A DNA stretch of 64,000 nucleotides from contig OZ024744.1 of assembly GCA_964016885.1 (NCBI GenBank), positions 47,430,001-47,494,000 of the forward strand, read 5' to 3'. The notes beneath the pieces were generated by a model, which saw only the letters and a program-made list of their open reading frames with translations, was not told the DNA's origin and made no database searches. The position numbers and the translations under genes were made by a program. Each line of letters begins with the position of its first letter. Positions within the stretch are counted from its first letter, which is position 1. The DNA is from Eledone cirrhosa. Taxonomy: Eukaryota. Positions 12,500 through 24,580 of the stretch are shown in pieces.

Positions 12500-15400
12500 G
12501 GGTGCTTTTTGCTGTGTCTTTCACATGTCCACTTTACAGTGTGGTTTGGGTGCTTTTGCTGTGTCTTTCACTTCTCCATTTTACAGTGTGGGCTGTGTGC
12601 TTTTTGCTGTGTCTTTCACATGTCCACTTTACAATGTGGGCTGGGTGCTTTTTGCTGTGCCTTTCACATGTCCACTTTACAGTGTGGGCTGGGTAGTTGT
12701 TGCTGTGTCTTTCTCACGTCCACTTTACAGTGTGGGCTGGGTGCTTTTTGCTATGTCTTTCACATGTCCACTTTACAGTGTGGGCTGTGTGCTTTATGCA
12801 GTGTCTTTCACATGTCCACTTTACAGTGTGGGCTGGGTGCTTTTTGCTGTGTCTTTAACATGTCCACTTTACAGTGTCGGCTGGGTGATTTTTGCTGTGT
12901 CTTTCACATGTCCACTTTACAGTGTGGGCTGGGTGCTTTTTACACTGTCTTTCACACGTCCACTTTACAGTGTGGGCAGGGTGCTTTTTGCTGTGTCTTT
13001 CACATGTCCACTTTACAGTGTGGGCTGGGTGCTTTTTGCTGTGTCTTTCACATGTCCACTTTACAGTGTAGGCTGGGTGCTTTTTGCTGTGTCTTTCACA
13101 TGTCCACTTTATAGTGTGGGCTGGGTGCTTTTTTCAGTGTCTTTCACACGTCCACTTTACAGTGTGGGCTGGGTGCTTTTTGCTGTGTCTTTCACATGTC
13201 CACTTTACAGTGTGGGCTGGGTGCTTTTTGCTGTGTCTTTCACACGTCCACTTTACAGTATGGGCTGGGTGCTTTTTGCTGTGTCTTTCACATGTCCAGT
13301 TTACAGTGTGGGCTGGGTGCCTTTTGCAGTGTCTTTCACATGTCCACTTTACAATGTGGGCTGGGTGCTTTTTGCTGTGTCTTTCACACGTCCACTTTAC
13401 AGTGTGGGGTGGGTGCTTTTTGCGGTGTCTTTCACACGTCCACTTTACAGTGTGGGCTGGGTGCTTTTTGCTGTGTCTTTCACACGTCCACTTTACAGTG
13501 TGGGCTGGCTGCTTTTTGCTGTGTCTTTCACACGTCCACTTTACAGTGTGGGGTGGGTGCTTTTTGCTCTGTCTTTCACATATCCACTTTACAGTGTGGA
13601 TTGGGTGCTTTTTGCAGTGTCTTTCACACGTCCACGTTACAATGTGGGCTGGGTGATTTTTGCTGTGTCTTTCACATGTCCACTTTATAGTGTGGGCTGG
13701 GTGCTTTTTGCAGTGTCTTTCACACGTCCACTTTACAGTGTGGGCTGGGTGCTTTTTGCTGTGTCTTTCACATGTCCACTTTACAGTGTGGGCTGGGTGC
13801 TTTTTGCTGTGTCTTTCACACGTCCACTTTACAGTGTGGGCTGGGTGCTTTTTGCTGTGTCTTTCACACGTCCACTTTAGAGTGTGGGCTGCGTGCTTTT
13901 TGCTGTGTCTTTCACATGTGCACTTTACAGTGCGGGCTGGGTGCTTTTTGCTGTGGCTTTCACATGTCCACTTTACAGTGTGAGCTGGGTGCTTTTTGCT
14001 GTGTCTTTCACACGTCCACTTTACAGTATGGGCTGTGTGCTTTTTGCTGTGTCTTTCACACGTCCACTTTACAGTGTGGGCTGGGTGCTTTTTGCTGTGT
14101 CTTTCACATGTCCACTTTACAATGTGGGCTGGGTGCTTTTTGCTGCGTCTTTCACATGTCCACTTTACAGTGTGGGCTGTGTGCTTGTTGCTGTGTCTTT
14201 CTCACGTCCACTTTACAGTGTGGGCTGGGTGCTTTTTGCTGTGTCTTTCACATGTCCACTTTACAGTGTGGGCTGGGTGCTTTTTGCTGTGTCTTTCACA
14301 TGTCTACTTTACAGTGTGGGCTGGGTGCTTTTTGCTGTGTCTTTCACACGTCCACTTTACAGTGTGGGCTGGGTGCTTTTTGCTGTGTCTTTCACATGTC
14401 CACTTTACAGTGTGGGCTGGGTGCCTTTTGCAGTGTCTTTCACATGTCCACTTTACAGTGTGGGCTGGGTGCTTTTTGCTGTGTCTTTCACACGTCCACT
14501 TTACAGTGTGGGCTGGGTGCTTTTTTCAGTGTCTTTCACGCGTCCACTTTACAGTGTGGGGTGGGTGCTTTTTGCTGTGTCTTTCACACGTCCACTTTAC
14601 AGTGTGGGCTGGGTGCTTTTTGCTGTGTCTTTCACACGGCCACTTTACAGTATGGGCTGGGTGCTTTTTGCTGTGTCTTTCACACGTCCGCTTTACAGTG
14701 TGGGCTGGGTGCTTTTTTGCTGTGTCTTTCACACGTCCACTTTACAGTGTGGGGTGGGTCCTTTTTGTTGTGTCTTTCACATATCCACTTTACAGTGTGG
14801 GTTGGGTGCTTTTTGCAGTGTCTTTCACACGTCCACTTTACAGTGTGGGCTGGGTGCTTTTTGCTGTGTCTTTCACATGTCCACTTCATAGTGTGGGCTG
14901 GGTGCTTTTTGCAGTGTCCTTCACATGTCCACTTTACAGTGTGGGCAGGGTGCTTTTTGCTGTGTCTTTCACATGTCCACTTTACAGTGTGGGCTGGGTG
15001 CTTTTTGCTGTGTCTTTCACACGTCCACTTTACTGTGTGGGCTGGGTGCTTTTTGCTGTGTCTTTCACATGTCCACTTTACAATGTGGGCTGGGTGTTTT
15101 TGCTGTGTCTTTCACATGTCTAATTTACAGTGTGGGCTGGGTGCTTTTTGCTGTGTCTTTCACACGTCCACTTTACAGTGTCGGCTGGGTGATTTTTGTT
15201 GTGTCTTTCACATGTCCACTTTACAGTGTGGGCTGGGTGCTTTTTACAGTGTCTTTCACATGTCCACTTTACAATGTGGGCTGGGTGCTTTTTGCTGTGT
15301 CTTTCATATGTCCACTTTACAGTGTGGTTTGGGTGCTTTTGCTGTGTCTTTCACTTGTCCATTTTACAGTGTGGGCTGTGTGCTTTTTGCTGTGTCTTTC

Positions 15401-17460
15401 AGATGTCCACTTTACAATGTGGGCTGGGTGCTTTTTGCTGTGCCTTTCACATGTCCACTTTACAGTGTGGGCTGGGTAGTTGTTGCTGTGTCTTTCTCAT
15501 GTCCACTTTACAGTGTGGGCTGGGTGCTTTTTGCTATGTCTTTCACATGTCCACTTTACAGTGTGGGCTGTGTGCTTTTTGCAGTGTCTTTCACATGTCC
15601 ACTTTACAGTGTGGGCTGGGTGCTTTTTGCTGTGTCTTTAACATGTCCACTTTACAGTGTCGGCTGGGTGATTTTTGCTGTGTCTTTCACATGTCAACTT
15701 TACAGTGTGGGCTGGGTGCTTTTTACACTGTCTTTCACACGTCCACTTTACAGTGTGGGCTGGGTGCTTTTTGCTGTGTCTTTCACATGTCCACTTTACA
15801 GTGTGGGCTGGGTGCTTTTTGCTGTGTCTTTCACATGTCCACTTTACAGTGTGGGCTGGGTGCTTTTTGCTGTGTCTTTCACATGTCCACTTTATAGTGT
15901 GGGCTGGGTGCTTTTTTCAGTGTCTTTCACACGTCCACTTTACAGTGTGGGCTGGGTGCTTTTTGCTGTGTCTTTCACATGTCCACTTTACAGTGTGGGC
16001 TGGGTGCTTTTTGCTGTGTCTTTCACACGTCCACTTTACAGTATGGGCTGGGTGCTTTTTGCTGTGTCTTTCACATGTCCAGTTTACAGTGTGGGCTGGG
16101 TGCCTTTTGCAGTGTCTTTCACATGTCCACTTTACAGTGTGGGCTGGGTGCTTTTTGCTGTGTCTTTCACACGTCCACTTTACAGTGTGGGGTGGGTGCT
16201 TTTTGCGGTGTCTTTCACACGTCCACGTTACAATGTGGGCTGGGTGCTTTTTGCTGTGTCTTTCACATGTCCACTTTATAGTGTGGGCTGGGTGCTTTTT
16301 GCAGTGTCTTTCACACGTCCACTTTACAGTGTGGGCTGGGTGCATTTTACTGTGTCTTTCACATGTCCACTTTACAGTGTGGGCTGGGTGCTTTTTGCTG
16401 TGTCTTTCACACGTCCACTTTACAGTGTGGGCTGCGTGCTTTTTGCTGTGTCTTTCACATGTCCACTTTACAGTGCGGGCTGGGTGCTTTTTGCTGTGGC
16501 TTTCACATGTCCACTTTACAGTGTGGGCTGGGTGCTTTTTGCTGTGTCTTTCACACGTCCACTTTACACTATGGGCTGGGTGCTTTTTGCTGTGTCTTTC
16601 ACACGTCCACTTTACAGTGTGGGCTGGGTGCTTTTTGCTGTGTCTTTCACATGTCCACTTTACAATGTGGGCTGGGTGCTTTTTGCTGTGTCTTTCACAC
16701 GTCCACTTTACAGTGTGGGCTGTGTGCTTGTTGCTGTGTCTTTCTCACGTCCACTTTACAGTGTGGGCTGGGTGCTTTTTGCTGTGTCTTTCACATGTCC
16801 ACTTTACAGTGTGGGCTGGGTGCTTTTTGCTGTGTCTTTCACATGTCTACTTTACAGTGTGGGTTGGGTGCTTTTTGCTGTGTCTTTCACACGTCCACTT
16901 TACAGTGTGGGCTGGGTGCTTTTTGCTGTGTCTTTCACATGTCCACTTTACAGTGTGGGCTGCGTGCCTTTTGCAGTGTCTTTCACATGTCCACTTTACA
17001 GTGTGGGCTGGGTGCTTTTTGCTGTGTCTTTCACACGTCCACTTTACAGTGTGGGCTGGGTGCTTTTTGCTGTGTCTTTCACACGTCCACTTTACAGTGT
17101 GGGATGGGTGCTTTTTGCTGTGTCTTTCACATATCCACTTTACAGTGTGGGTTGGGTGCTTTTTGCAGTGTCTTTCACACGTCCACTTTACAGTGTGGGC
17201 TGGGTGCTTTTTGCTGTGTCTTTCACATGTCCACTTCATAGTGTGGGATGGGTGCTTTTTGCAGTGTCCTTCACACGTCCACTTTACAGTGTGGGCAGGG
17301 TGCTTTTTGCTGTGTCTTTCACATGTCCACTTTACAGTGTGGGCTGGGTGCTTTTTGCTGTGTCTTTCACACGTCCACTTTACAGTGTGGGCTGGGTGCT
17401 TTTTGCTGTGTCTTTCACATGTCCACTTTACAATGTGGGCTGGGTGTTTTTGCTGTGTCT
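12500..17460. repeat. Diverged tandem block duplication of about 58 monomers
   Basis: The marker monomer gtggtttgggtgcttttgc...cactt(c/g)tccatttt occurs at 12541 and 15324 (offset 2783 = 58x48-1). ORF pair 13196/15979 has the same offset. Later offsets shrink (13772/16363 = 2591) through whole-monomer differences. Confidence 0.8.
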
Positions 17461-18539
17461 TTCACATGTCCACTTTACAGTGTTGGCTGGGTGCTTTTTG
17501 CAGTGTCTTTCACACGTCCACTTTACAGTGTGGGCTGGGTGCTTTTTTCAGTGTCTTTCACACGTCCACTTTACAGTGTGGGCTGGGTGCTTTTTGCTGT
17601 GTCTTTCACATTTCTACTTTACAGTGTGGGCTGGGTGCTTTTTGCTGTGTCTTTCACACGTCCAGTTTACAGTGTGGGCTGGGTGCTTTTTGCTGTGTCT
17701 TTCACACGTCCACTTTACAGTGTGGGGTGGGTGCTTTTTGCTGTGTCTTTCACAAGTACACTTTACAGCATGGGCTGGGTGCTTTTTGCTGTGTCTTTCA
17801 CACGTCCACTTTACAGTATGGGCTGGGTGCTTTTTGCTGTGTCTTTCACACGTCCACTTTACAGTGTGGCCTGGGTGCTTTTTGCTGTGTCTTTCACACG
17901 TCCACTTTACAGTGTGGGGTGGGTGCTTTTTGCTGTGTCTTTCACATATCCACTTTACAGTGTGGGTTGGGTGCTTTTTGCAGTGTCTTTCACACGTCCA
18001 CTTTACAGTGTGGGCTGGGTGCTTTTTGCTGTGTCTTTCACATGTCCACTTCATAGTGTGGGCTGGGTGCTTTTTTCAGTGTCTTTCACACGTCCACTTT
18101 ACAGTGTGGGGTGGGTGATTTTTGCTGTGTCTTTCACATGTCCACTTTACAGTGTGGGCTGGGTGCTTTTTGCTGTGTCTTTCACACGTCCACTTTACAG
18201 TGTGGGCTGGGTGTTTTTGCTGTGTCTTTCACATGTCCACTTTACAGTGTGGGCTGGGTGATTTTTGCAGTGTCTTTCACACGTCCACTTTACAGTGTGG
18301 GCTGGGTGCTTTTTGCTGTGTCTTTCACATGTCCACTTTACATTGTGGGCTGGGTGCTTGTTGCTGTGTCTTTCTCACGTCCACTTTACAGTGTTGGCTG
18401 GGTGCTTTTTGCAGTGTCTTTCACACGTCCACTTTACAGTGTTGGCTGGGTGCTTTTTGCAGTGTCTTTCACACGTCCACTTTACAGTGTGGGCTGGGTG
18501 CTTTTTTCAGTGTCTTTCACACGTCCACTTTACAGTGTG

Positions 18540-21500
18540 GGCTGGGTGCTTTTTGCTGTGTCTTTCACACGTCCACTTTACAGTGTGGGGTGGGTGCTTT
18601 TTGCTGTGTCTTTCACACGTCCACTTTACAGTGTGGGCTGGGTGCTTTTTGCTGTGTCTTTCACACGTCCACTTTACAGTGTGGGGTGGGTGATTTTGCT
18701 GTGTTTTCACACGTCCACTTTACAGTGTGGGCTGAGTGCTTTTTGCTGTGTCTTTCACACGTCCACTTTACAGTATGGGCTGGGTGCTTTTTGCTGTGTC
18801 TTTCACACGTCCACTTTACAGTGTGGGCTGGGTTCTTTTTGCTGTGTCTTTCACACGTCCACTTTACAGTGTGGGGTGGGTGCTTTTTGCTGTGTCTTTC
18901 ACATATCCACTTTACAGTGTGGGCTGGGTGCTTTTTGCAGTGTCTTTCACACGTCCACTTTACAGTGTGGGCTGGGTGCTTTTTTCTGTGTCTTTCACAT
19001 GTCCACTTCATAGTGTGGGCTGGGTGCTTTTTGCAGTGTCCTTCACACGTCCACTTTACAGTGTGGGCAGGGTGCTTTTTGCTGTGTCTTTCACATGTCC
19101 ACTTTACAGTGTGGGCTGGGTGCTTTTTGCTGTGTCTTTCACACGTCCACTTTACAGTGTGGGCTGGGTGCTTTTTGCTCTGTCTTTCACATGTCCACTT
19201 TACAATGTGGGCTGGGTGCTTTTTGCTGTGTCTTTCACATGTCCACTTAACAGTGTTGGCTGGGTGCTTTTTTCAGTGTCTTTCACACGTCCACTTTACA
19301 GTGTGGGCTGGGTGCTTTTTTCAGTGTCTTTCACACGTCTACTTTACCATGTGGGCTGGGTGCTTTTTGCTGTGTCTTTCACATGTCCACTTTACAATGT
19401 GGGCTGGGTGCTTTTTGCTGTGTCTTTCACATGTCCACTTTACAGTGTGGGCTGTGTGCTTGTTGCTGTGTCTTTCTCACGTCCACTTTACAGTGTGGGC
19501 TGGGTGCCTTTTGCTGTGTCTTTCACATGTCCACTTTGCAGTGTGGGCTGGGTGCTTTTTGCTGTGTCTTTAACATGTCCACTTTACAGTGTCGGCTGGG
19601 TGGTTGTTGCTGTGTCTTTCTCACGTCCACTTTACAGTGTGGGCTGGGTGCTTTTTGCTGTGTCTTTCACACGTCCACTTTACAGTGTGGGCTGTGTGCT
19701 TTTTGCTGTGTCTTTCACACGTCCACTTTACAGTGTGGGGTGGGTGCTTTTTGCTGTGTCTTTCACACGTCCACTTTACAGTGTGGGCTGGGTGCTTTTT
19801 GCTGTGTCTTTTACACGTCCACTTTACAGTATGGGCTGGGTGCTTTTTGCTGTGTCTTTCACACGTCCACTTTACAGTGTGGGCTGGGTGCTTTTTGCTT
19901 TGTCTTTCACACGTCCACTTTACAGTGTGGGGTGGGTGCTTTTTGCTGTATCTTTCACATATCCATTTTACAGTGTGGGCTGGGTGCTTTTTTCAGTGTC
20001 TTTCACACGTCCACTTTACAGTGTGGGCTGGGTGCTTTTTGCTGTGTCTTTCACATTTCTACTTTACAGTGTGGGCTGGGTGCTTTTTGCTGTGTCTTTC
20101 ACACGTCCAGTTTACAGTGTGGGCTGGGTGCTTTTTGCTGTGTCTTTCACATGTCCACTTTACAGTGTGGGCTGGGCGCTTTTTGCAGTGTCTTTCACAC
20201 GTCCACTTTACAGTATGGGCTGGGTGCTTTTTGCTGTGTCTTTCACACGTCCACTTTACAGTGTGGGCTGGGTGCTTTTTGCTTTGTCTTTCACACGTCC
20301 ACTTTACAGTGTGGGGTGGGTGCTTTTTGCTGTATCTTTCACATATCCACTTTACAGTGTGGGCTGGGTGCTTTTTTCAGTGTCTTTCACACGTCCACTT
20401 TACAGTGTGGGCTGGGTGCTTTTTGCTGTGTCTTTCACATTTCTACTTTACAGTGTGGGCTGGGTGCTTTTTGCTGTGTCTTTCACACGTCCAGTTTACA
20501 GTGTGGGCTGGGTGCTTTTTGCTGTGTCTTTCACACGTCCACTTTACAGTGTGGGGTGGGTGCTTTTTGCTGTGTCTTTCACACGTCCACTTTACAGTGT
20601 GGGCTGGGTGCTTTTTGCTGTGTCTTTCACACGTCCACTTTACAGTGTGGGGTGGGTGATTTTGCTGTGTTTTCACACGTCCACTTTACAGTGTGGGCTG
20701 AGTGCTTTTTGCTGTGTCTTTCACACGTCCACTTTACAGTATGGGCTGGGTGCTTTTTGCTGTGTCTTTCACACGTCCACTTTACAGTGTGGGCTGGGTT
20801 CTTTTTGCTGTGTCTTTCACACGTCCACTTTACAGTGTGGGGTGGGTGCTTTTTGCTGTGTCTTTCACATATCCACTTTACAGTGTGGGCTGGGTGCTTT
20901 TTGCAGTGTCTTTCACACGTCCACTTTACAGTGTGGGCTGGGTGCTTTTTTCTGTGTCTTTCACATGTCCACTTCATAGTGTGGGCTGGGTGCTTTTTGC
21001 AGTGTCCTTCACACGTCCACTTTACAGTGTGGGCAGGGTGCTTTTTGCTGTGTCTTTCACATGTCCACTTTACAGTGTGGGCTGGGTGCTTTTTGCTGTG
21101 TCTTTCACACGTCCACTTTACAGTGTGGGCTGGGTGCTTTTTGCTCTGTCTTTCACATGTCCACTTTACAATGTGGGCTGGGTGCTTTTTGCTGTGTCTT
21201 TCACATGTCCACTCAACAGTGTTGGCTGGGTGCTTTTTTCAGTGTCTTTCACACGTCCACTTTACAGTGTGGGCTGGGTGCTTTTTTCAGTGTCTTTCAC
21301 ACGTCTACTTTACCATGTGGGCTGGGTGCTTTTTGCTGTGTCTTTCACATGTCCACTTTACAATGTGGGCTGGGTGCTTTTTGCTGTGTCTTTCACATGT
21401 CCACTTTACAGTGTGGGCTGTGTGCTTGTTGCTGTGTCTTTCTCACGTCCACTTTACAGTGTGGGCTGGGTGCCTTTTGCTGTGTCTTTCACATGTCCAC

Positions 21501-24500
21501 TTTGCAGTGTGGGCTGGGTGCTTTTTGCTGTGTCTTTAACATGTCCACTTTACAGTGTCGGCTGGGTGGTTGTTGCTGTGTCTTTCTCACGTCCACTTTA
21601 CAGTGTGGGCTGGGTGCTTTTTGCTGTGTCTTTCACACGTCCACTTTACAGTGTGGGCTGTGTGCTTTTTGCTGTGTCTTTCACACGTCCACTTTACAGT
21701 GTGGGGTGGGTGCTTTTTGCTGTGTCTTTCACACGTCCACTTTACAGTGTGGGCTGGGTGCTTTTTGCTGTGTCTTTTACACGTCCACTTTACAGTATGG
21801 GCTGGGTGCTTTTTGCTGTGTCTTTCACACGTCCACTTTACAGTGTGGGCTGGGTGCTTTTTGCTTTGTCTTTCACACGTCCACTTTACAGTGTGGGGTG
21901 GGTGCTTTTTGCTGTATCTTTCACATATCCACTTTACAGTGTGGGCTGGGTGCTTTTTTCAGTGTCTTTCACACGTCCACTTTACAGTGTGGGCTGGGTG
22001 CTTTTTGCTGTGTCTTTCACATTTCTACTTTACAGTGTGGGCTGGGTGCTTTTTGCTGTGTCTTTCACACGTCCAGTTTACAGTGTGGGCTGGGTGCTTT
22101 TTGCTGTGTCTTTCACACGTCCACTTTACAGTGTGGGGTGGGTGCTTTTTGCTGTGTCTTTCACAAGTACACTTTACAGCATGGGCTGGGTGCTTTTTGC
22201 TGTGTCTTTCACACGTCCACTTTACAGTATGGGCTGGGTGCTTTTTGCTGTGTCTTTCACACGTCCACTTTACAGTGTGGCCTGGGTGCTTTTTGCTGTG
22301 TCTTTCACACGTCCACTTTACAGTGTGGGGTGGGTGCTTTTTGCTGTGTCTTTCACATATCCACTTTACAGTGTGGGTTGGGTTCTTTTTGCAGTGTCTT
22401 TCACACGTCCACTTTACAGTGTGGGCTGGGTGCTTTTTGCTGGGTCTTTCACATGTCCACTTCATAGTGTGGGCTGGGTGCTTTTTTCAGTGTCTTTCAC
22501 ACGTCCACTTTACAGTGTGGGGTGGGTGCTTTTTGCTGTGTCTTTCACATGTCCACTTTACAGTGTGGGCTGGGTGCTTTTTGCTGTGTCTTTCACACGT
22601 CCACTTTACAGTGTGGGCTGGGTGTTTTTGCTGTGTCTTTCACATGTCCACTTTACAGTGTGGGCTGGGTGATTTTTGCAGTGTCTTTCACACGTCCACT
22701 TTACAGTGTGGGCTGCGTGCTTTTTTGCTGTGTCTTTCACATGTCCACTTTACAGTGCGGGCTGGGTGCTTTTTGCTGTGTCTTTCACATGTCCACTTTA
22801 CAGTGTGGGCTGGGTGCTTTTTGCTGTGTCTTTCACACGTCCACTTTACAGTATGGGCTGGGTGCTTTTTGCTGTGTCTTTCAAACGCCCACTTTACAGT
22901 GTGGGCTGGGTGCTTTTTGCTGTGTCTTTCACATGTCCACTTTACAATGTGGGCTGGGTGCTTTTTGCTGTGTCTTTCACATGTCCACTTTACATTGTGG
23001 GCTGGGTGCTTGTTGCTGTGTCTTTCTCACGTCCACTTTACAGTGTTGGCTGGATGCTTTTTGCAGTGTCTTTCACACGTCCACTTTACAGTGTTGGCTG
23101 GGTGCTTTTTGCAGTGTCTTTCACACGTCCACTTTACAGTGTGGGCTGGGTGCATTTTTCAGTGTCTTTCACACGTCCACTTTACAGTGTGGGCTGGGTG
23201 CTTTTTGCTGTGTCTTTCACACGTCCACTTTACAGTGTGGGCTGGGTGCTTTTTGCTGTGTCTTTCACACGTCCACTTTACAGTGTGGGGTGGGTGATTT
23301 TGCTGTGTTTTCACACGTCCACTTTACAGTGTGGGCTGAGTGCTTTTTGCTGTGTCTTTCACACGTCCACTTTACAGTATGGGCTGGGTGCTTTTTGCTG
23401 TGTCTTTCACACGTCCACTTTACAGTGTGGGCTGGGTTCTTTTTGCTGTGTCTTTCACACGTCCACTTTACAGTGTGGGGTGGGTGCTTTTTGCTGTGTC
23501 TTTCACATATCCACTTTACAGTGTGGGCTGGGTGCTTTTTGCAGTGTCTTTCACACGTCCACTTTACAGTGTGGGCTGGGTGCTTTTTTCTGTGTCTTTC
23601 ACATGTCCACTTCATAGTGTGGGCTGGGTGCTTTTTGCAGTATCCTTCACACGTCCACTTTACAGTGTGGGCAGGGTGCTTTTTGCTGTGTCTTTCACAT
23701 GTCCACTTTACAGTGTGGGCTGGGTGCTTTTTGCTGTGTCTTTCACACCTCCACTTTACAGTGTGGGCTGGGTGCTTTTTGCTGTGTCTTTCACATGTCC
23801 ACTTTACAATGTGGGCTGGGTGCTTTTTGCTGTGTCTTTCACATGTCCACTTTACAGTGTTGGCTGGGTGCTTTTTGCAGTGTCTTTAACACGTCCACTT
23901 TACAGTGTGGGCTGGGTGCTTTTTTCAGTGTCTTTCACACGTCTACTTTACCATGTGGGCTGGGTGCTTTTTGCTGTGTCTTTCACATGTCCACTTTACA
24001 ATGTGGGCTGGGTGCTTTTTGCTGTGTCTTTCACATGTCCACTTTACAGTGTGGGCTGTGTGCTTGTTGCTGTGTCTTTCTCACGTCCACTTCACAGTGT
24101 GGGCTGGGTGCCTTTTGCTGTGTCTTTCACATGTCCACTTTACAGTGTGGGCTGGGTGCTTTTTGCGGTGTCTTTAACATGTCCACTTTACAGTGTCGGC
24201 TGGGTGGTTGTTGCTGTGTCTTTCTCACGTCCACTTTACAGTGTGGGCTGGGTGCTTTTTGCTGTGTCTTTCACACGTCCACTTTACAGTGTGGGCTGTG
24301 TGCTTTTTGCTGTGTCTTTCACACGTCCACTTTACAGTGTGGGGTGGGTGCTTTTTGCTGTGTCTTTCACACGTCCACTTTACAGTGTGGGCTGGGTGCT
24401 TTTTGCTGTGTCTTTTACACGTCCACTTTACAGTATGGGCTGGGTGCTTTTTGCTGTGTCTTTCACACGTCCACTTTACAGTGTGGGCTGGGTGCTTTTT

Positions 24501-24580
24501 GCTTTGTCTTTCACACGTCCACTTTACAGTGTGGGGTGTGTGCTTTTTGCAGTATCTTTCACATATCCACTTTACAGTGT
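18540..24580. repeat. Three related blocks, each marked by a 46-bp monomer
   Basis: The double-deletion monomer ggggtgggtgattttgctgtgttttcacacg, followed by ggctgagtg, occurs at ~18683, ~20649 and ~23287. Identical minus-strand ORFs lie at 18661, 20627 and 23265 (offsets 1966 = 41x48-2 and 2638 = 55x48-2). Confidence 0.88.

Noticed and set aside
19594-19603. Chi site (GCTGGTGG) or minisatellite core similarity in GCTGGGTGG / GTGGGCAGG variants
   Set aside because: These are not exact Chi matches, and such short G-rich similarities are expected by chance.
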